From positions 1 through 64,000 of the forward strand of contig CBDDUX010000007.1 of the NCBI GenBank assembly GCA_965234725.1: DNA of 64,000 bases, read 5' to 3'. Both the position numbers and the translations under genes were made by a program. Below, piece after piece: positions 1-10,506 of this stretch; the first letter of the stretch is position 1; each line of letters starts with the position of its first letter. This DNA comes from Thermoplasmatota archaeon (GTDB lineage: Archaea > Thermoplasmatota > Penumbrarchaeia > Penumbrarchaeales > Penumbrarchaeaceae). The notes under the pieces were generated by a model that saw nothing but the letters and a program-made list of their open reading frames with translations, did no database searches and had not been told where the DNA came from.

Positions 1-86
1 CCTTGATCAGGGTTCACTTATGCGACTTAAACCCTCCGCGAAAATCGGTGTTTATTAAAAAATTTGACAGATCAATCTTGGACTCT

Positions 87-680
87 CTATTTTTTTCTTG
101 ACCTCAACTGTCTCCGGAGGAATTCAAAGATCTTTGGTCCTAAAGGATCATTGCGTCTGTCCTCATCCTTGTAGATTATAACAACACCATTCCTGATCAG
201 TTCATCTACCGTCTGTTCTTTGACATTGACGTAGGTTACGATTGAACCATTTTTAATGACCAATTTGCTACTATATTTGTAATAGTAGAAATCATGGTCA
301 TTGAGACCGAATCTCTTGCTATTGAATACCTTCTTCACCTTTACCGATCGTTTTGTAACAATGAACACATAGGGTGTGATAAGGACCTCTCTGATCGTTG
401 TGATCAACTCGATCACCGCATCCGAAAAGGCCCATATTCTCCGGGGTTGTGTGTAAAGGAATACAATCAAGAATATGATGAGAACAACTATGAACAATGC
501 CATGCCGCAGCATGTAACTCCAATTATCCCGAACAAACCGGCAGGTGAAATGATACCGAATATCAATATCAATGGGAGAGCAACTACAGCAAGTAACGTG
601 ATGATGATGAATATCAAGAGAAGAATGTAAATTAATTCTATGAAAAATGAATACTTTTTGGTATTGTAGATCCTTTTCAT
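87..680 (-). CDS. Hypothetical membrane protein (two hydrophobic helices, soluble C-terminal part)
   Basis: ORF 87..716 with two long hydrophobic segments; start uncertain (680 or 716); AT-rich. Confidence 0.55.
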   Translation of the reverse strand: MKRIYNTKKYSFFIELIYILLLIFIIITLLAVVALPLILIFGIISPAGLFGIIGVTCCGMALFIVVLIIFLIVFLYTQPRRIWAFSDAVIELITTIREVLITPYVFIVTKRSVKVKKVFNSKRFGLNDHDFYYYKYSSKLVIKNGSIVTYVNVKEQTVDELIRNGVVIIYKDEDRRNDPLGPKIFEFLRRQLRSRKK

Positions 681-936
681 TTGTATCCTCTGCTTGATCG
701 ATAATGAACAAGACATCGATATATCCCCTTTTCCATTTCAACTGAGGACTAATGGATCAACTTGGTTGAATGTTAAATGAATGCAGGAGGATCAGATCTC
801 AAAAAAATTATAATTCAAGTTTCATTGAAAATTATTCTTCTATCTTTTATGTACCCCTCCACGACCACATATTCTTCGATTATTGCGTCATGAATGACAC
901 AATATATTTAAGTTATGTAGTTCCTTATGACCACAT

Positions 937-2205
937 ATGCCTGAAAAGGAAGCTCTCGAGAGATATATCGTGGACAAACGCAACGATATCTCACAACTGG
1001 ATATCAGGAAAAGGGAGATCGAACTATCCCCTTCCAGGGAATTCATACAGGTAATATATGGACCTAGGAGAGCCGGGAAATCGTATGCATTCCTGGACAT
1101 GGTGAGGAACCTGGACTTGGATCGGATCCTATATCTGAATTTCGATGACATTCAACTCAGCGACTGGACCTCTAAGGATATTTTCGATTCCGTGGCCACC
1201 TTCCATGAGATATTCGGCAGGGAACCGGAAACCGTGATCCTCGATGAACCGCAGAGGATAGACGGATGGGAGAAGGCCGTGATATCACTCTACGAGAAGA
1301 AGCGGTTCTTTATATTTCTCACAGGTTCCAGCTCGAAATTGCTTGCAAGTGAGATAGACACCTCGCTCAGGGGAAGGTCCTTGAAACAGGCCCTTTACCC
1401 GTTATCATTCAGGGAATACCTGTCGTTCAAAGGGATCGAGGTCCCGAAACATCCCGGAACAATGGATGTGATCTCAATACGTAGAACATTGGAGGAATAC
1501 CTTAACGACGGATCTTTCCCTGGTATCCTGAAGGACCCCGGATCCAGACACAGATTCTATGAGGATTACGTTGACCTCGTGATTTACAAAGACCTTGTTG
1601 AGAGGTATGGCATCTCTAATCTCGGTCTCCTGCGGTTCCTGATAAGGAATATCATTTCATCCTATTCAAAGGAACTTTCAATAAACAAAGTGTACAATAC
1701 CTGGACATCGATGAGATATGAGGGGGCAAAGAAAACTTTCTATCAGTATCTATCCTTTTTGGAAGACGCGGGATTCGCAATGCCGCTTGGTAAATATTCC
1801 AGATCAGGGAGGACCTCCGATCTTTCAATTCCCAAGGTTTATCTTCCCGACACGGGCCTTGCATCCAATATATCAGGACCACAAATAGGGCGTGAGATGG
1901 AAAATTGTGTTTTCGTTGAACTGATGAGAAGAAACTCAAGGGATACTTCCATGAAGATATTCTACTGGAGGATCAATGGTTACGAGATCGATTTCGTGTT
2001 AACCAACAATAAAGGACCGGTGGAATTGATCCAGGTAACACAGACATTAAATGCAGAAAACATGGACCGTGAGATCATGTCGTTAATAAGGTTCCCCGAG
2101 AGTGGTCCTGAAATAAAGAAAACAATAATAACCTGGACAGGAGAAGAAGAAGGACCCGATGATATGGAGATAATATCGCTGTGGAGGTTCCTTCTGGACG
2201 GATGA
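937..2205 (+). CDS. AAA_14-family ATP-binding protein with DUF4143 C-terminus
   Basis: Walker A GPRRAGKS, Walker B ILDEPQ, TGSSSKLL, KVYLPDTG, ENCVF, YWR..EIDFV. Confidence 0.9.
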   Translation: MPEKEALERYIVDKRNDISQLDIRKREIELSPSREFIQVIYGPRRAGKSYAFLDMVRNLDLDRILYLNFDDIQLSDWTSKDIFDSVATFHEIFGREPETVILDEPQRIDGWEKAVISLYEKKRFFIFLTGSSSKLLASEIDTSLRGRSLKQALYPLSFREYLSFKGIEVPKHPGTMDVISIRRTLEEYLNDGSFPGILKDPGSRHRFYEDYVDLVIYKDLVERYGISNLGLLRFLIRNIISSYSKELSINKVYNTWTSMRYEGAKKTFYQYLSFLEDAGFAMPLGKYSRSGRTSDLSIPKVYLPDTGLASNISGPQIGREMENCVFVELMRRNSRDTSMKIFYWRINGYEIDFVLTNNKGPVELIQVTQTLNAENMDREIMSLIRFPESGPEIKKTIITWTGEEEGPDDMEIISLWRFLLDG

Positions 2206-2426
2206 TCCCTAATGAATCCGATTATGATCCTTCTATCATTTCAAAATAAAAGAAGTATATATACTCCTTTTATCTCAAAGTGAAAGAAATGCATCCTTGA
2301 TCAGGAATTGTTACGTCAATGATATCGAATAAAGATCTTCTTGATGTGGAAGAAGATCCTGTTATTGTGGTTTTTCAAGATAGTCAAACAATTCCAAATA
2401 GTTACAACCGGATTAAGTTTGGGAGA

Positions 2427-2972
2427 ATGATGAAGTTGAGAAGAACAGGATACCCGTTCATTCTTGTATCAATAGCTCTGATCTTGTTACCGAGCGGATG
2501 TCTCGATCCGAACAATGATGATCAGAAGAAAGAGGATGAATTGGAATTGATAACGGACGACATGGTGGTCACCGGCCATATCGATCACTCGGCTCAATCT
2601 TCCCCTATTTCATTCACTGAAGAGGTCCATTTCGAGGTGATGTCGGGGAGTATCACTAGAATTAGAATAAATGTCTCGATAGATGATGGAGATGCGAATA
2701 CGGAGAACGATGTCGTTGATGTGATCAGGATGTGGAGAGAAGCCGGAGGTGATCCTGAAAAGGTAAAGGATGCGAATGGAGGGGCCACTCCTTATCAGAC
2801 ATCTATCGAATTTGAATATAAGGGAGAAGAAACTGAAGCGGACTGGTGGATCGTGGAGATCTCCGCAACGATAAAAGGAAGCGAAGACCAGTGGCCAGGA
2901 CCTTTAATCTGGAGGGGTGTGGCCGATACTGGTTTGGACTACCAGATAGATGCTGATTATGATTACTATTAA
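2427..2972 (+). CDS. Putative lipoprotein
   Basis: Basic N-terminus, hydrophobic helix, lipobox-like LPSGCLD; start moved to ATG 2427. Confidence 0.65.
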   Translation: MMKLRRTGYPFILVSIALILLPSGCLDPNNDDQKKEDELELITDDMVVTGHIDHSAQSSPISFTEEVHFEVMSGSITRIRINVSIDDGDANTENDVVDVIRMWREAGGDPEKVKDANGGATPYQTSIEFEYKGEETEADWWIVEISATIKGSEDQWPGPLIWRGVADTGLDYQIDADYDYY

Positions 2973-3159
2973 AATCTGGCTGATCGTATAAAAAACCATG
3001 AAAAGTCACACCAAAAAAAGGAATCATATTCCGATTCTTAATTAAGGTCCTCAAGGGTGTTGTTAAGAAGTAAAGGGGGCCTTTCCCCTTACCGCCAAAA
3101 AATGGAAAACCTTTTTCCCCATTACAACTATTTATCGGCAAGAATACGGAGGAATACGC

Positions 3160-4275
3160 TTGAAGGAAGAAGCATCCGAGGTCCTCTCCGAGGACCTGAT
3201 GAAGGCTGCAAAGGTAGCCGTGAACGATGTCATGCAGATCAAGAAGGATGAAAGGGTCCTCATAATTACAAATCCCTCAAAGGACGTATCCAGGATATCC
3301 AGGGCCCTCTTCGAGGCATCCATGGAACTGGAGGCCAAACCCGTATTGATGGTGCAGCCTCTTAGATCACAGTTGGATATGGCCAGCGAGGAGGTCCTTG
3401 CCGCTATCAGGACAGAACCTGAGGTCCTCATATCCATATCAGAGGAGAAACTTGGAAAGGATCCATCGGCCATAAAGGACCCTATCACTGTAGGAGATAA
3501 CAGGTACGACCATTATTTTAACTACCTCCTGGGTGAGAATATCTCCAGGTCCTTCTGGTCTCCATCGGTTACCGAGGATATATTCCTTCGAACTGTACCC
3601 CTTGATTATGGTGAGCTGAAAGAAGACTGCAGAAAGCTGAAGGAGATCCTGGACAGGGGTGACAAGGTCCATATCACCGCACCATCTGGAACAGATATCA
3701 TCATCGGGATAAAGGGGAGGATGGCTAAGACCGATGACGGCAGTTTCGGATCACCAGGGGATGGAGGAAATCTCCCTGCAGGTGAGACCTTCATCTCTCC
3801 GGAACTGGGAACATCCAGAGGAAAGATCGTATTCGACGGGTCGATCGCTTCTGATAAGGGTATAATCATCATAGAGGATCCCATCGAATGCGATGTGGAT
3901 GGTGGCATGGTAACGAACATCTGCGGAGGAGAGGAAGCAAGGAAGTTGAGAGAGACCATTTCCAGAGCAAAAGAGACAACCGAGACCTTCGTGAAGGAGG
4001 GAAAGATACCCGAGGAAGACCTGGACCATTACAGGATGAATACGAATAATCTTGGTGAACTGGGGATCGGGCTCAACAGGAAGGCAACCATCATAGGGAA
4101 CATGCTTGAAGATGAGAAGGTCTACGGTACATGCCATATTGCCATCGGAGCAAATTACGATAATGATGCCAGGGCCCTGATCCATCTGGATGGATTGATC
4201 AAGAGACCTACCATTTCGGTTATTGGAGAGAATTTCGATACAATTATAATGTCCGATGGTGAACTTACATCATAG
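3160..4275 (+). CDS. M29-family (aminopeptidase T-like) metallopeptidase
   Basis: GNLPAGETF, GELGIGLN, LEDEKVYGTCHIAIG, IHLDG motifs. Confidence 0.9.
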   Translation: MKEEASEVLSEDLMKAAKVAVNDVMQIKKDERVLIITNPSKDVSRISRALFEASMELEAKPVLMVQPLRSQLDMASEEVLAAIRTEPEVLISISEEKLGKDPSAIKDPITVGDNRYDHYFNYLLGENISRSFWSPSVTEDIFLRTVPLDYGELKEDCRKLKEILDRGDKVHITAPSGTDIIIGIKGRMAKTDDGSFGSPGDGGNLPAGETFISPELGTSRGKIVFDGSIASDKGIIIIEDPIECDVDGGMVTNICGGEEARKLRETISRAKETTETFVKEGKIPEEDLDHYRMNTNNLGELGIGLNRKATIIGNMLEDEKVYGTCHIAIGANYDNDARALIHLDGLIKRPTISVIGENFDTIIMSDGELTS

Positions 4276-4362
4276 TACAACCTTATCATTGATGAACCAG
4301 TAATAACACAGCAACCTTTTTTTACACATCATGTGTAAGGGAATCCAGCAAGGAGGCTGCAG

Positions 4363-5640
4363 ATGTCGTCCACAGAGAACGAGGAAAAGGTAATTACCCC
4401 GGTCCGAAAGAAGGACGATGAAGATGTCATAGAGCTGGAGCTCGATAGTCTCAGGGAGGAATTGAAGATACTCAAAGGGCAGATCAGGTCCATGGAGTAT
4501 ACCGGCAACCTCGAGAGGGAAGCATATAAAAGGGAACTATCGGCAGCCTATGATGAGCTCAATATGGTCAGAAGGGAACGGAACCTTCTGAAAAAGCAGC
4601 TTGATGATGTTATGAAACCCCCTATGCTAATAGGGGAGGTAGTCGAGGTCCTCTCCAACGAGGAGATCATAATCAAGAACGGAACAGGACAAACTTTTAT
4701 CACCACATCATCCGACGATGTTGATTTCTCTCATCTGGACATAGGTGTAAGGGTAGGCCTGGACAGGAACAACCTGGTGATTATGAGGTCCCTCTCGAAA
4801 GGAAAAGATCCTATAATCATGGGATCGGAACTTATTGAAAAACCTTCTGTCACCTATGATGACATAGGAGGCCTTGAAGAGGTGATCAACGAGGTCAAGG
4901 AAACAGTTGAGCTGCCTCTTAAAAAACCTGAGATATTCAAGAGGATCGGTATCGATCCACCCTCTGGTGTTCTGCTCGTAGGAGCTCCTGGAACTGGAAA
5001 GACCCTTCTTGCAAAAGCAGTTGCAAACTCTGCTGACTGCACTTTCATAAGGATCGTGGGTTCCGAGCTGGTTCAGAAGTTCATCGGGGAGGGAGGACGC
5101 CTTGTCCGGGAGTTGTTCCAGCTTGCAAAGGAAAAGAAACCTTGCATCATATTCATTGACGAACTGGATGCCATTGGAGCCAAGAGGCTTGGAATGGATA
5201 CCACAGGTGACAGAGAGGTCCAGAGGACTTTGATGCAGCTTCTGGCCGAGATGGACGGCTTCCATGCATTGTCCGAGATTGGAATAATTGCTGCCACCAA
5301 TAGAAAGGATATCTTGGACGAGGCCTTACTCAGACCCGGTAGATTTGACAGGATAATCAAGGTCCCACTTCCGGATGAGAAGGGTAGGGAAAAGATACTG
5401 AAGATCCATACCAAAGGGATGAGATTATCCAAAGGTATAGACATCAAAGAACTGGCAAAGAAGACCGAGGACCTTTCAGGGGCAGATCTCAGAAGTCTTT
5501 GCACTGAATCGGGAATGTTTGCGATCAGGAAGGACCACAAGACCATCACAAAAGAGGACATCTTCTCGGCATTGGAAAAGATCAAGAATCGCCGGGACCA
5601 GACAGAACAGAGCGAAGCCCCCGAAGGTATGTTCTCCTGA
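4363..5640 (+). CDS. pan: Proteasome-activating nucleotidase
   Basis: Coiled coil, OB fold, GAPGTGKT, ELVQKFIGEG, IFIDELDAIG, DREVQRTLMQLL, LRPGRFDR; C-terminal MFS (HbYX-like); GGAGG RBS. Confidence 0.96.
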   Translation: MSSTENEEKVITPVRKKDDEDVIELELDSLREELKILKGQIRSMEYTGNLEREAYKRELSAAYDELNMVRRERNLLKKQLDDVMKPPMLIGEVVEVLSNEEIIIKNGTGQTFITTSSDDVDFSHLDIGVRVGLDRNNLVIMRSLSKGKDPIIMGSELIEKPSVTYDDIGGLEEVINEVKETVELPLKKPEIFKRIGIDPPSGVLLVGAPGTGKTLLAKAVANSADCTFIRIVGSELVQKFIGEGGRLVRELFQLAKEKKPCIIFIDELDAIGAKRLGMDTTGDREVQRTLMQLLAEMDGFHALSEIGIIAATNRKDILDEALLRPGRFDRIIKVPLPDEKGREKILKIHTKGMRLSKGIDIKELAKKTEDLSGADLRSLCTESGMFAIRKDHKTITKEDIFSALEKIKNRRDQTEQSEAPEGMFS

Positions 5641-5642
5641 GA

Positions 5643-8225
5643 TCAGGATGAATATCTCTTGGCATCCACGAACCTGCCCTTGGATTTCAGCATGGATACT
5701 ATCTCGGTCTTCACTTTTGCATAATAGAAGGGGAGCTTCAGTTCATCAAGGATGGAAAGGGATAGGTCCAGGTCCTCGATCATCTGATTGTATTCCTTCA
5801 TCAACAGATGAAGTCTGCCAAGGTCCAGATGGACCATTGCTATCTTGTACCTCTCTCCTATGCTTGAGAATATCCTCAGGGCCTCTTCGAGGTACTCACC
5901 AGCTGTGTCTGGTTCATTGTCCATGATATATACATGTGCGGCACCTGCAAGAGCGTATGCCTGCAATCTAATATCCCCTGTCTGGCTGCAGAGTTCAATG
6001 GCATCTTCGAAATTGGATATCGCTTTCTCGTACTCCTCTGTAGATGCCTGGACCGTCCCAAGGTTGATCTTCACCCTGGCAAGTTCGATCGCGTTCTCAT
6101 CCCTCTCCAGTGCTTTGATCGCCTTTTCGAACTGATCGATCGCCATTTCCGGCTGGTCCTGATTGGAGTGGATTATGCCGAGGCCCGTATGGGAAACAGC
6201 TTCAAGAGTGGTGTCATCCAATTCAATGGCAATGGTCAGGGCTTCCCTCAAGGACCTCTTACCCTCCCTGAACTCACCTCTTGTGGAATGGAGCTCTCCA
6301 AGAGCCTGTAAGGCCTTTGCCATCTCTACATTGTTCTGGAGTTTCCTGGCGATCTTCAGAGCCTTTTGAAGCCTCTTTTCAGCGGCTTCTTTCTTACCCC
6401 TTCTGGACTCGATCTGACCCAGTCTGAGGTTTGCCCTTCCTGAGATGAGCGGTCTGTTCTCTGCCTCAGCAATAGCTGCGGCCCTTGTCAGGTCAGATTG
6501 GGCCCTGTCCCATCTTCCCATCACCATCTGCAGCTCTCCCTGAAGCAGATGAGTGGTGGCATTGTATTCACGGGTCTCTTCGTTCATCTCCTTCTCTAAA
6601 AGGGAAAGAACCGACGAGAACTGCTCGATAAGACCCTTGGTTATTATCGATTCTCCATAGGTGGAGGCCAACTTCAATGCTTTCAATGGCTGTCCACCCA
6701 TGGTCATGTGGAACATAGCCTCAACAGTTGCCCTCTCATATCCTGTTTCCATGTAGTAGTCCGCCGCTTTCCGGTGGTATTCCAGCTTCTGTTGAGGGGT
6801 CAGCCTGTTGTAGAAGAACTCCTTGATCAGATCATGTGCCTCGTACTCATCGTACGATGTCTCCTGGATCAGATTGGATTCCACTAGCTTGTCCAGTGTG
6901 GTGAAGTCCAGTCCTTCTTCCATGAAGAAAGCCTCGGAAGGTACAGGGTACCTGTATACAGAAGCGATCTGAAGCAATAGGGAGGTTTTTGTATCCAGTT
7001 TCTTGAAGATCTCCTCATAGATATATCGCTTGATATCCTTCTGGTCCTCAAGGTCCTCAGCCGAGAGAATGAGCTGTATGAAGAGGGGATGTCCTTTTGT
7101 GATCTCGTAGACCTTCTCGAACAGTTCCTCCCCCACATCCCTAATCTTTAGCAGACCTCTGCAGCTTTTCCTGTCAAGACCAGTGAGGTTCATTTCCTTG
7201 ACAACACCTTTGACCAGCACGTCGGACCTGTCATAGAACGGGAACACCTGTCTTCCAACCACTATGATCTTGAGGCTCTCCATCTGTGGAACTATCTCCT
7301 TGAGGTTTGAGAAGAGGTCCACGATCTCATCAGCTGCCCTCTGGAAATCATCGAACACCATGAACAGCGGGACATCTCTCAAGGAAGATTCAATGATGGA
7401 GTAGTATTCCTTGCTGTCCAGCCTGGTATTGGAATCCAGGTAGGTCTTGAGTCCGGACCTACCAAGCTGGTCCAGGAACCTTGCCATGGAATAGAGGACA
7501 TTCCTGAGAGAATCCCACCTGTGGAACCTGTACCACATGACATGCATCTTTCCCTCCATGTCCTTGACTGCCTTTGCAGCAAGTGTGGTCTTTCCGATAC
7601 CCGCTATACCGGTTATGGAAAGTATCGAACCTCCAGTATCTTCCAGCCATTGATCTATTAACAAGAGTTCCTCGTCCCTTCCATAGAACCTCTTGGGCAT
7701 GGGGACGTCCTGTATGAAAGAGACAAAACCCTCCGATCCCATTCTTCCCAGTGGTTCCACCTCGCCGGATAGGAAACCCCTTATCTCCTTCTCCGTGACC
7801 AGATCATCATCGTTGACCAGCTGGTGGATATCTATCAGAGGCATGTTGATACTGAGATAGGATGCCAGGTCCTTCATATAGATCTCCTTTATGGATCCGT
7901 CAACAAGCTGCAGGAACACCTTGTGATAGGCTATCTCATCTTTGACCTGCTTTGCATATTCCAACCCTTTATCTGTGAGAAAATAGGCCTTCCTCTTCCG
8001 TGGCAGACCCTTGATCCTCTTGAGGATGTCATTTACAAGGTCCTCCTCCTTGAGTTTCTTCATTGTTCTGGGGATATTGTCCCTTCTAATGGATACGGCC
8101 TCGGCTATCCCATCCTGAACCACGCTCTGAGGAACCTCAAAATCCATCTCGGAGTGTTTTACCTCGTATAGATGTAACAGTATCTTCCTGTCAACGGTAA
8201 GATGAGGGGGACCTTCGACAGTCAT
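5643..8225 (-). CDS. wHTH + STAND-type (NB-ARC-like) ATPase + TPR regulator
   Basis: N-terminal winged helix (RKRKAYFLT), FYGR, Walker A GIAGIGKT, Walker B VFDDF, GHPL motif, multiple TPRs. Confidence 0.85.
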   Translation of the reverse strand: MTVEGPPHLTVDRKILLHLYEVKHSEMDFEVPQSVVQDGIAEAVSIRRDNIPRTMKKLKEEDLVNDILKRIKGLPRKRKAYFLTDKGLEYAKQVKDEIAYHKVFLQLVDGSIKEIYMKDLASYLSINMPLIDIHQLVNDDDLVTEKEIRGFLSGEVEPLGRMGSEGFVSFIQDVPMPKRFYGRDEELLLIDQWLEDTGGSILSITGIAGIGKTTLAAKAVKDMEGKMHVMWYRFHRWDSLRNVLYSMARFLDQLGRSGLKTYLDSNTRLDSKEYYSIIESSLRDVPLFMVFDDFQRAADEIVDLFSNLKEIVPQMESLKIIVVGRQVFPFYDRSDVLVKGVVKEMNLTGLDRKSCRGLLKIRDVGEELFEKVYEITKGHPLFIQLILSAEDLEDQKDIKRYIYEEIFKKLDTKTSLLLQIASVYRYPVPSEAFFMEEGLDFTTLDKLVESNLIQETSYDEYEAHDLIKEFFYNRLTPQQKLEYHRKAADYYMETGYERATVEAMFHMTMGGQPLKALKLASTYGESIITKGLIEQFSSVLSLLEKEMNEETREYNATTHLLQGELQMVMGRWDRAQSDLTRAAAIAEAENRPLISGRANLRLGQIESRRGKKEAAEKRLQKALKIARKLQNNVEMAKALQALGELHSTRGEFREGKRSLREALTIAIELDDTTLEAVSHTGLGIIHSNQDQPEMAIDQFEKAIKALERDENAIELARVKINLGTVQASTEEYEKAISNFEDAIELCSQTGDIRLQAYALAGAAHVYIMDNEPDTAGEYLEEALRIFSSIGERYKIAMVHLDLGRLHLLMKEYNQMIEDLDLSLSILDELKLPFYYAKVKTEIVSMLKSKGRFVDAKRYSS

Positions 8226-8226
8226 C

Positions 8227-8883
8227 TCAGATCACCACTGTTTCGAAACTCTCGGTCAGCTGGACCCTGATCCTCTGTGGTACAGCTTTGTAAGTTGCAG
8301 GGACTATGGCAGAGAAACCTTCCCGGGAGCAGGATTCATCTAACATTCTCAGGAACCTCACGATCCTTGATGTCTCGTTCGAACTTAGTATTTCCTCGAA
8401 ACCGTTCAAGAGGACCACTCCACCTCCTTTTACAGATACAACGATCTCCTGAAGTAACCTGGAAAGATTGGTCGGATTGACAACCACAGTATCATTCTTT
8501 ATTTCGTGGGCAGTGGATCGGTCCAACCAGATGAAATGTGAGTCCCCTTTGAAGGATGAACGGAGCTGGGACGGATCTCGAACAGTGACGACAACGATCC
8601 TTTTCCCCTCCTTGAGTTTGTCCTTCACCGGTTTCAGCCATGGTTTGTTGTTCCCTTTATGCAGGATGATCAGGACCTCACCATCAGGTATGGTAGGTGT
8701 GTCCAGGATGTGGCCACGTTCCCTTCTTTCAGGTGTCCTGGGATACTTGTTCAACTGCAGGATCTCGTTGGCGGAATCCACTATCCGGACTTTCTTCCTG
8801 TAAGTACCGATCCTGTAGATGAGGTAGGCGATCAGGAGCACAAGTCCAGCTCCGCAGAGTAAGAGTATCGTCAATGCTTCCAT
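8227..8883 (-). CDS. Membrane-anchored DUF835 (inactive KaiC/RecA-fold) protein
   Basis: N-terminal TM; WLD, VNPTNL, VVLLNGFEEI pattern typical of DUF835; stop 1 nt before the STAND gene start. Confidence 0.75.
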   Translation of the reverse strand: MEALTILLLCGAGLVLLIAYLIYRIGTYRKKVRIVDSANEILQLNKYPRTPERRERGHILDTPTIPDGEVLIILHKGNNKPWLKPVKDKLKEGKRIVVVTVRDPSQLRSSFKGDSHFIWLDRSTAHEIKNDTVVVNPTNLSRLLQEIVVSVKGGGVVLLNGFEEILSSNETSRIVRFLRMLDESCSREGFSAIVPATYKAVPQRIRVQLTESFETVVI

Positions 8884-8966
8884 TCTTCTTTCCCATCCGT
8901 CTCGATCGAGATGTAATGGAACTTTCGGTATTAATAAGTTGGATTGAAAGTATATCTCCAGGAGAA

Positions 8967-9254
8967 TCAAGATCCCGATCTTTCCCTCCCATAGAATGCC
9001 TTGGCATAGATGAGATAGACTACCAGGACCGTATTGAACATATAGTTCAGGTAAAGCGGATAATGCCTCAGGGATTCTATGAGATCATCAGTAATTATAT
9101 AGACCAGGGTCAGGACCTCGCCGAAGAACCAGAAGAGCAGGAACAACCAGGAGAGATCACCAGCAGATCTCGACCTCCATGTCTTCAAAACCTGTGGTAC
9201 CGCACAGACAGCAAAAAGGAAGGCACCGATCCATCCAAGAACCAAATGGAACAT
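8967..9254 (-). CDS. PQ-loop / SemiSWEET-like small transporter
   Basis: AVPQVLKTWRSRSAGDLS, three TM helices. Confidence 0.85.
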   Translation of the reverse strand: MFHLVLGWIGAFLFAVCAVPQVLKTWRSRSAGDLSWLFLLFWFFGEVLTLVYIITDDLIESLRHYPLYLNYMFNTVLVVYLIYAKAFYGRERSGS

Positions 9255-9335
9255 ACAACATCATGGAGGATCGGGGATATATGTTATCATACCGGAGATC
9301 CATTCCACATCATCTGAAATCCGGAGGGAGAGAAG

Positions 9336-9857
9336 ATGATGGATCTTAAGAAGGGATTGATGAAACAAGTCTGGAGGATACAACAGATAGGAGCGTTATA
9401 CAGCGTTATCATGCTAACGGTTACCATAACTCTTGTGGTCTTTCCATTTATCGAGTGGAGGTTCATATGGGCGTTCGATAAGATAGGGATACCTACCACA
9501 TGGGACCTTCTTATGGTTATCATCATTTTCTCGGTGATCCTGATGGGAGCATTGACCGCGGGATATATCTACGACGGCTACCTGAAGTTATGGAAAACCC
9601 AGAACGAGGTTGCGGTGGAGAGGAATCCCTACGCCAAGAACCTGATGTCCCCGAAGGAATGGATCAACTGGCAGTTCTATTTCATTCCAATGCTCAGATC
9701 CCAAGGCAGGGATGATGAGGCCGACTTCATGGAGAAATGGAACAGGAGATTGATGGAAGAAAACCCCATCCTGAAAAAAGAAGTGGATGATATAGTCAAA
9801 TGGGTGAACGAATACCAACTTGATAAGAATATAAAATACAGTATCGATAAAAGATAA
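9336..9857 (+). CDS. Hypothetical two-TM membrane protein
   Basis: 173-aa ORF with GGAGG RBS, two TM, ERNPY motif. Confidence 0.7.
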   Translation: MMDLKKGLMKQVWRIQQIGALYSVIMLTVTITLVVFPFIEWRFIWAFDKIGIPTTWDLLMVIIIFSVILMGALTAGYIYDGYLKLWKTQNEVAVERNPYAKNLMSPKEWINWQFYFIPMLRSQGRDDEADFMEKWNRRLMEENPILKKEVDDIVKWVNEYQLDKNIKYSIDKR

Positions 9858-9862
9858 TGAAT

Positions 9863-10183
9863 TCAAGTGGACCTGTCATATGATTCAAGCGCGGTCTTCA
9901 AGCCCTTTGTTACACCGTGCCCGGCGGGAGGCAGACCCAGCATGATGGCACTTATTATCTCATCTCTGGTGGCTCCAGCGTCCTTTGCTACTGCAACATG
10001 GAAAGGGAGTCCGCTCTCTGACCCCAAAGCTGCAAGTATCCCTATGTAGACCAAAGAGGTGGTCTTAGGGTCCAGTTTATTGGCCTCTGAAAGGTCTTGT
10101 ATCATCCTTCCCCATGCCCCTGCGTGATCCGGAGCTTCCCTCTGAAATACCTGGAACGCATCACTGATATCATTTTGCGGCAA
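9863..10183 (-). CDS. Carboxymuconolactone decarboxylase (CMD) family protein
   Basis: LDPKTTSLVYIGILAA..GLPFHV..A..AGATRDEI. Confidence 0.88.
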   Translation of the reverse strand: MPQNDISDAFQVFQREAPDHAGAWGRMIQDLSEANKLDPKTTSLVYIGILAALGSESGLPFHVAVAKDAGATRDEIISAIMLGLPPAGHGVTKGLKTALESYDRST

Positions 10184-10367
10184 CGAACTTCCCCCTCAGG
10201 TCATGTACATTGTAGAAACCTTCGAATCCTGTCTCGAGCATCGGACCTCCGCATCCGGGACATGACACGGCCCCTATCATGGTCCTTGCCATGGGCCTTG
10301 TTCCGTGTATACGGATGCGCCATACATCCTCCGCGGAACAGCTGCTGCATTTGTAAAAGAGGTCCAT
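10170..10367 (-). CDS. Small zinc-ribbon protein
   Basis: CSSC ... CPGC pair; overlaps the CMD gene start (coupled). Confidence 0.6.
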   Translation of the reverse strand: MDLFYKCSSCSAEDVWRIRIHGTRPMARTMIGAVSCPGCGGPMLETGFEGFYNVHDLRGKFVAAK

Positions 10368-10506
10368 TTTATCTCCACTGGAAAGATGGGTAGCGTTCCG
10401 TTATAAGACAGAGCCTGGGGGAGGGGACCGAATATCGCAACAATAGGCCCTTGCAAACGGTTAAATAACAACATCACATAGAATGGAAATCCCCGGGTGT
10501 TCTGGT

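Noticed and set aside
1-2305. CCTTGATCAGG at 1-11 and 2295-2305 bracketing the AT-rich ORF and AAA_14 gene as possible att sites
   Set aside because: Only 11 bp, contains the very common GATC, and the first copy is cut by the window edge.
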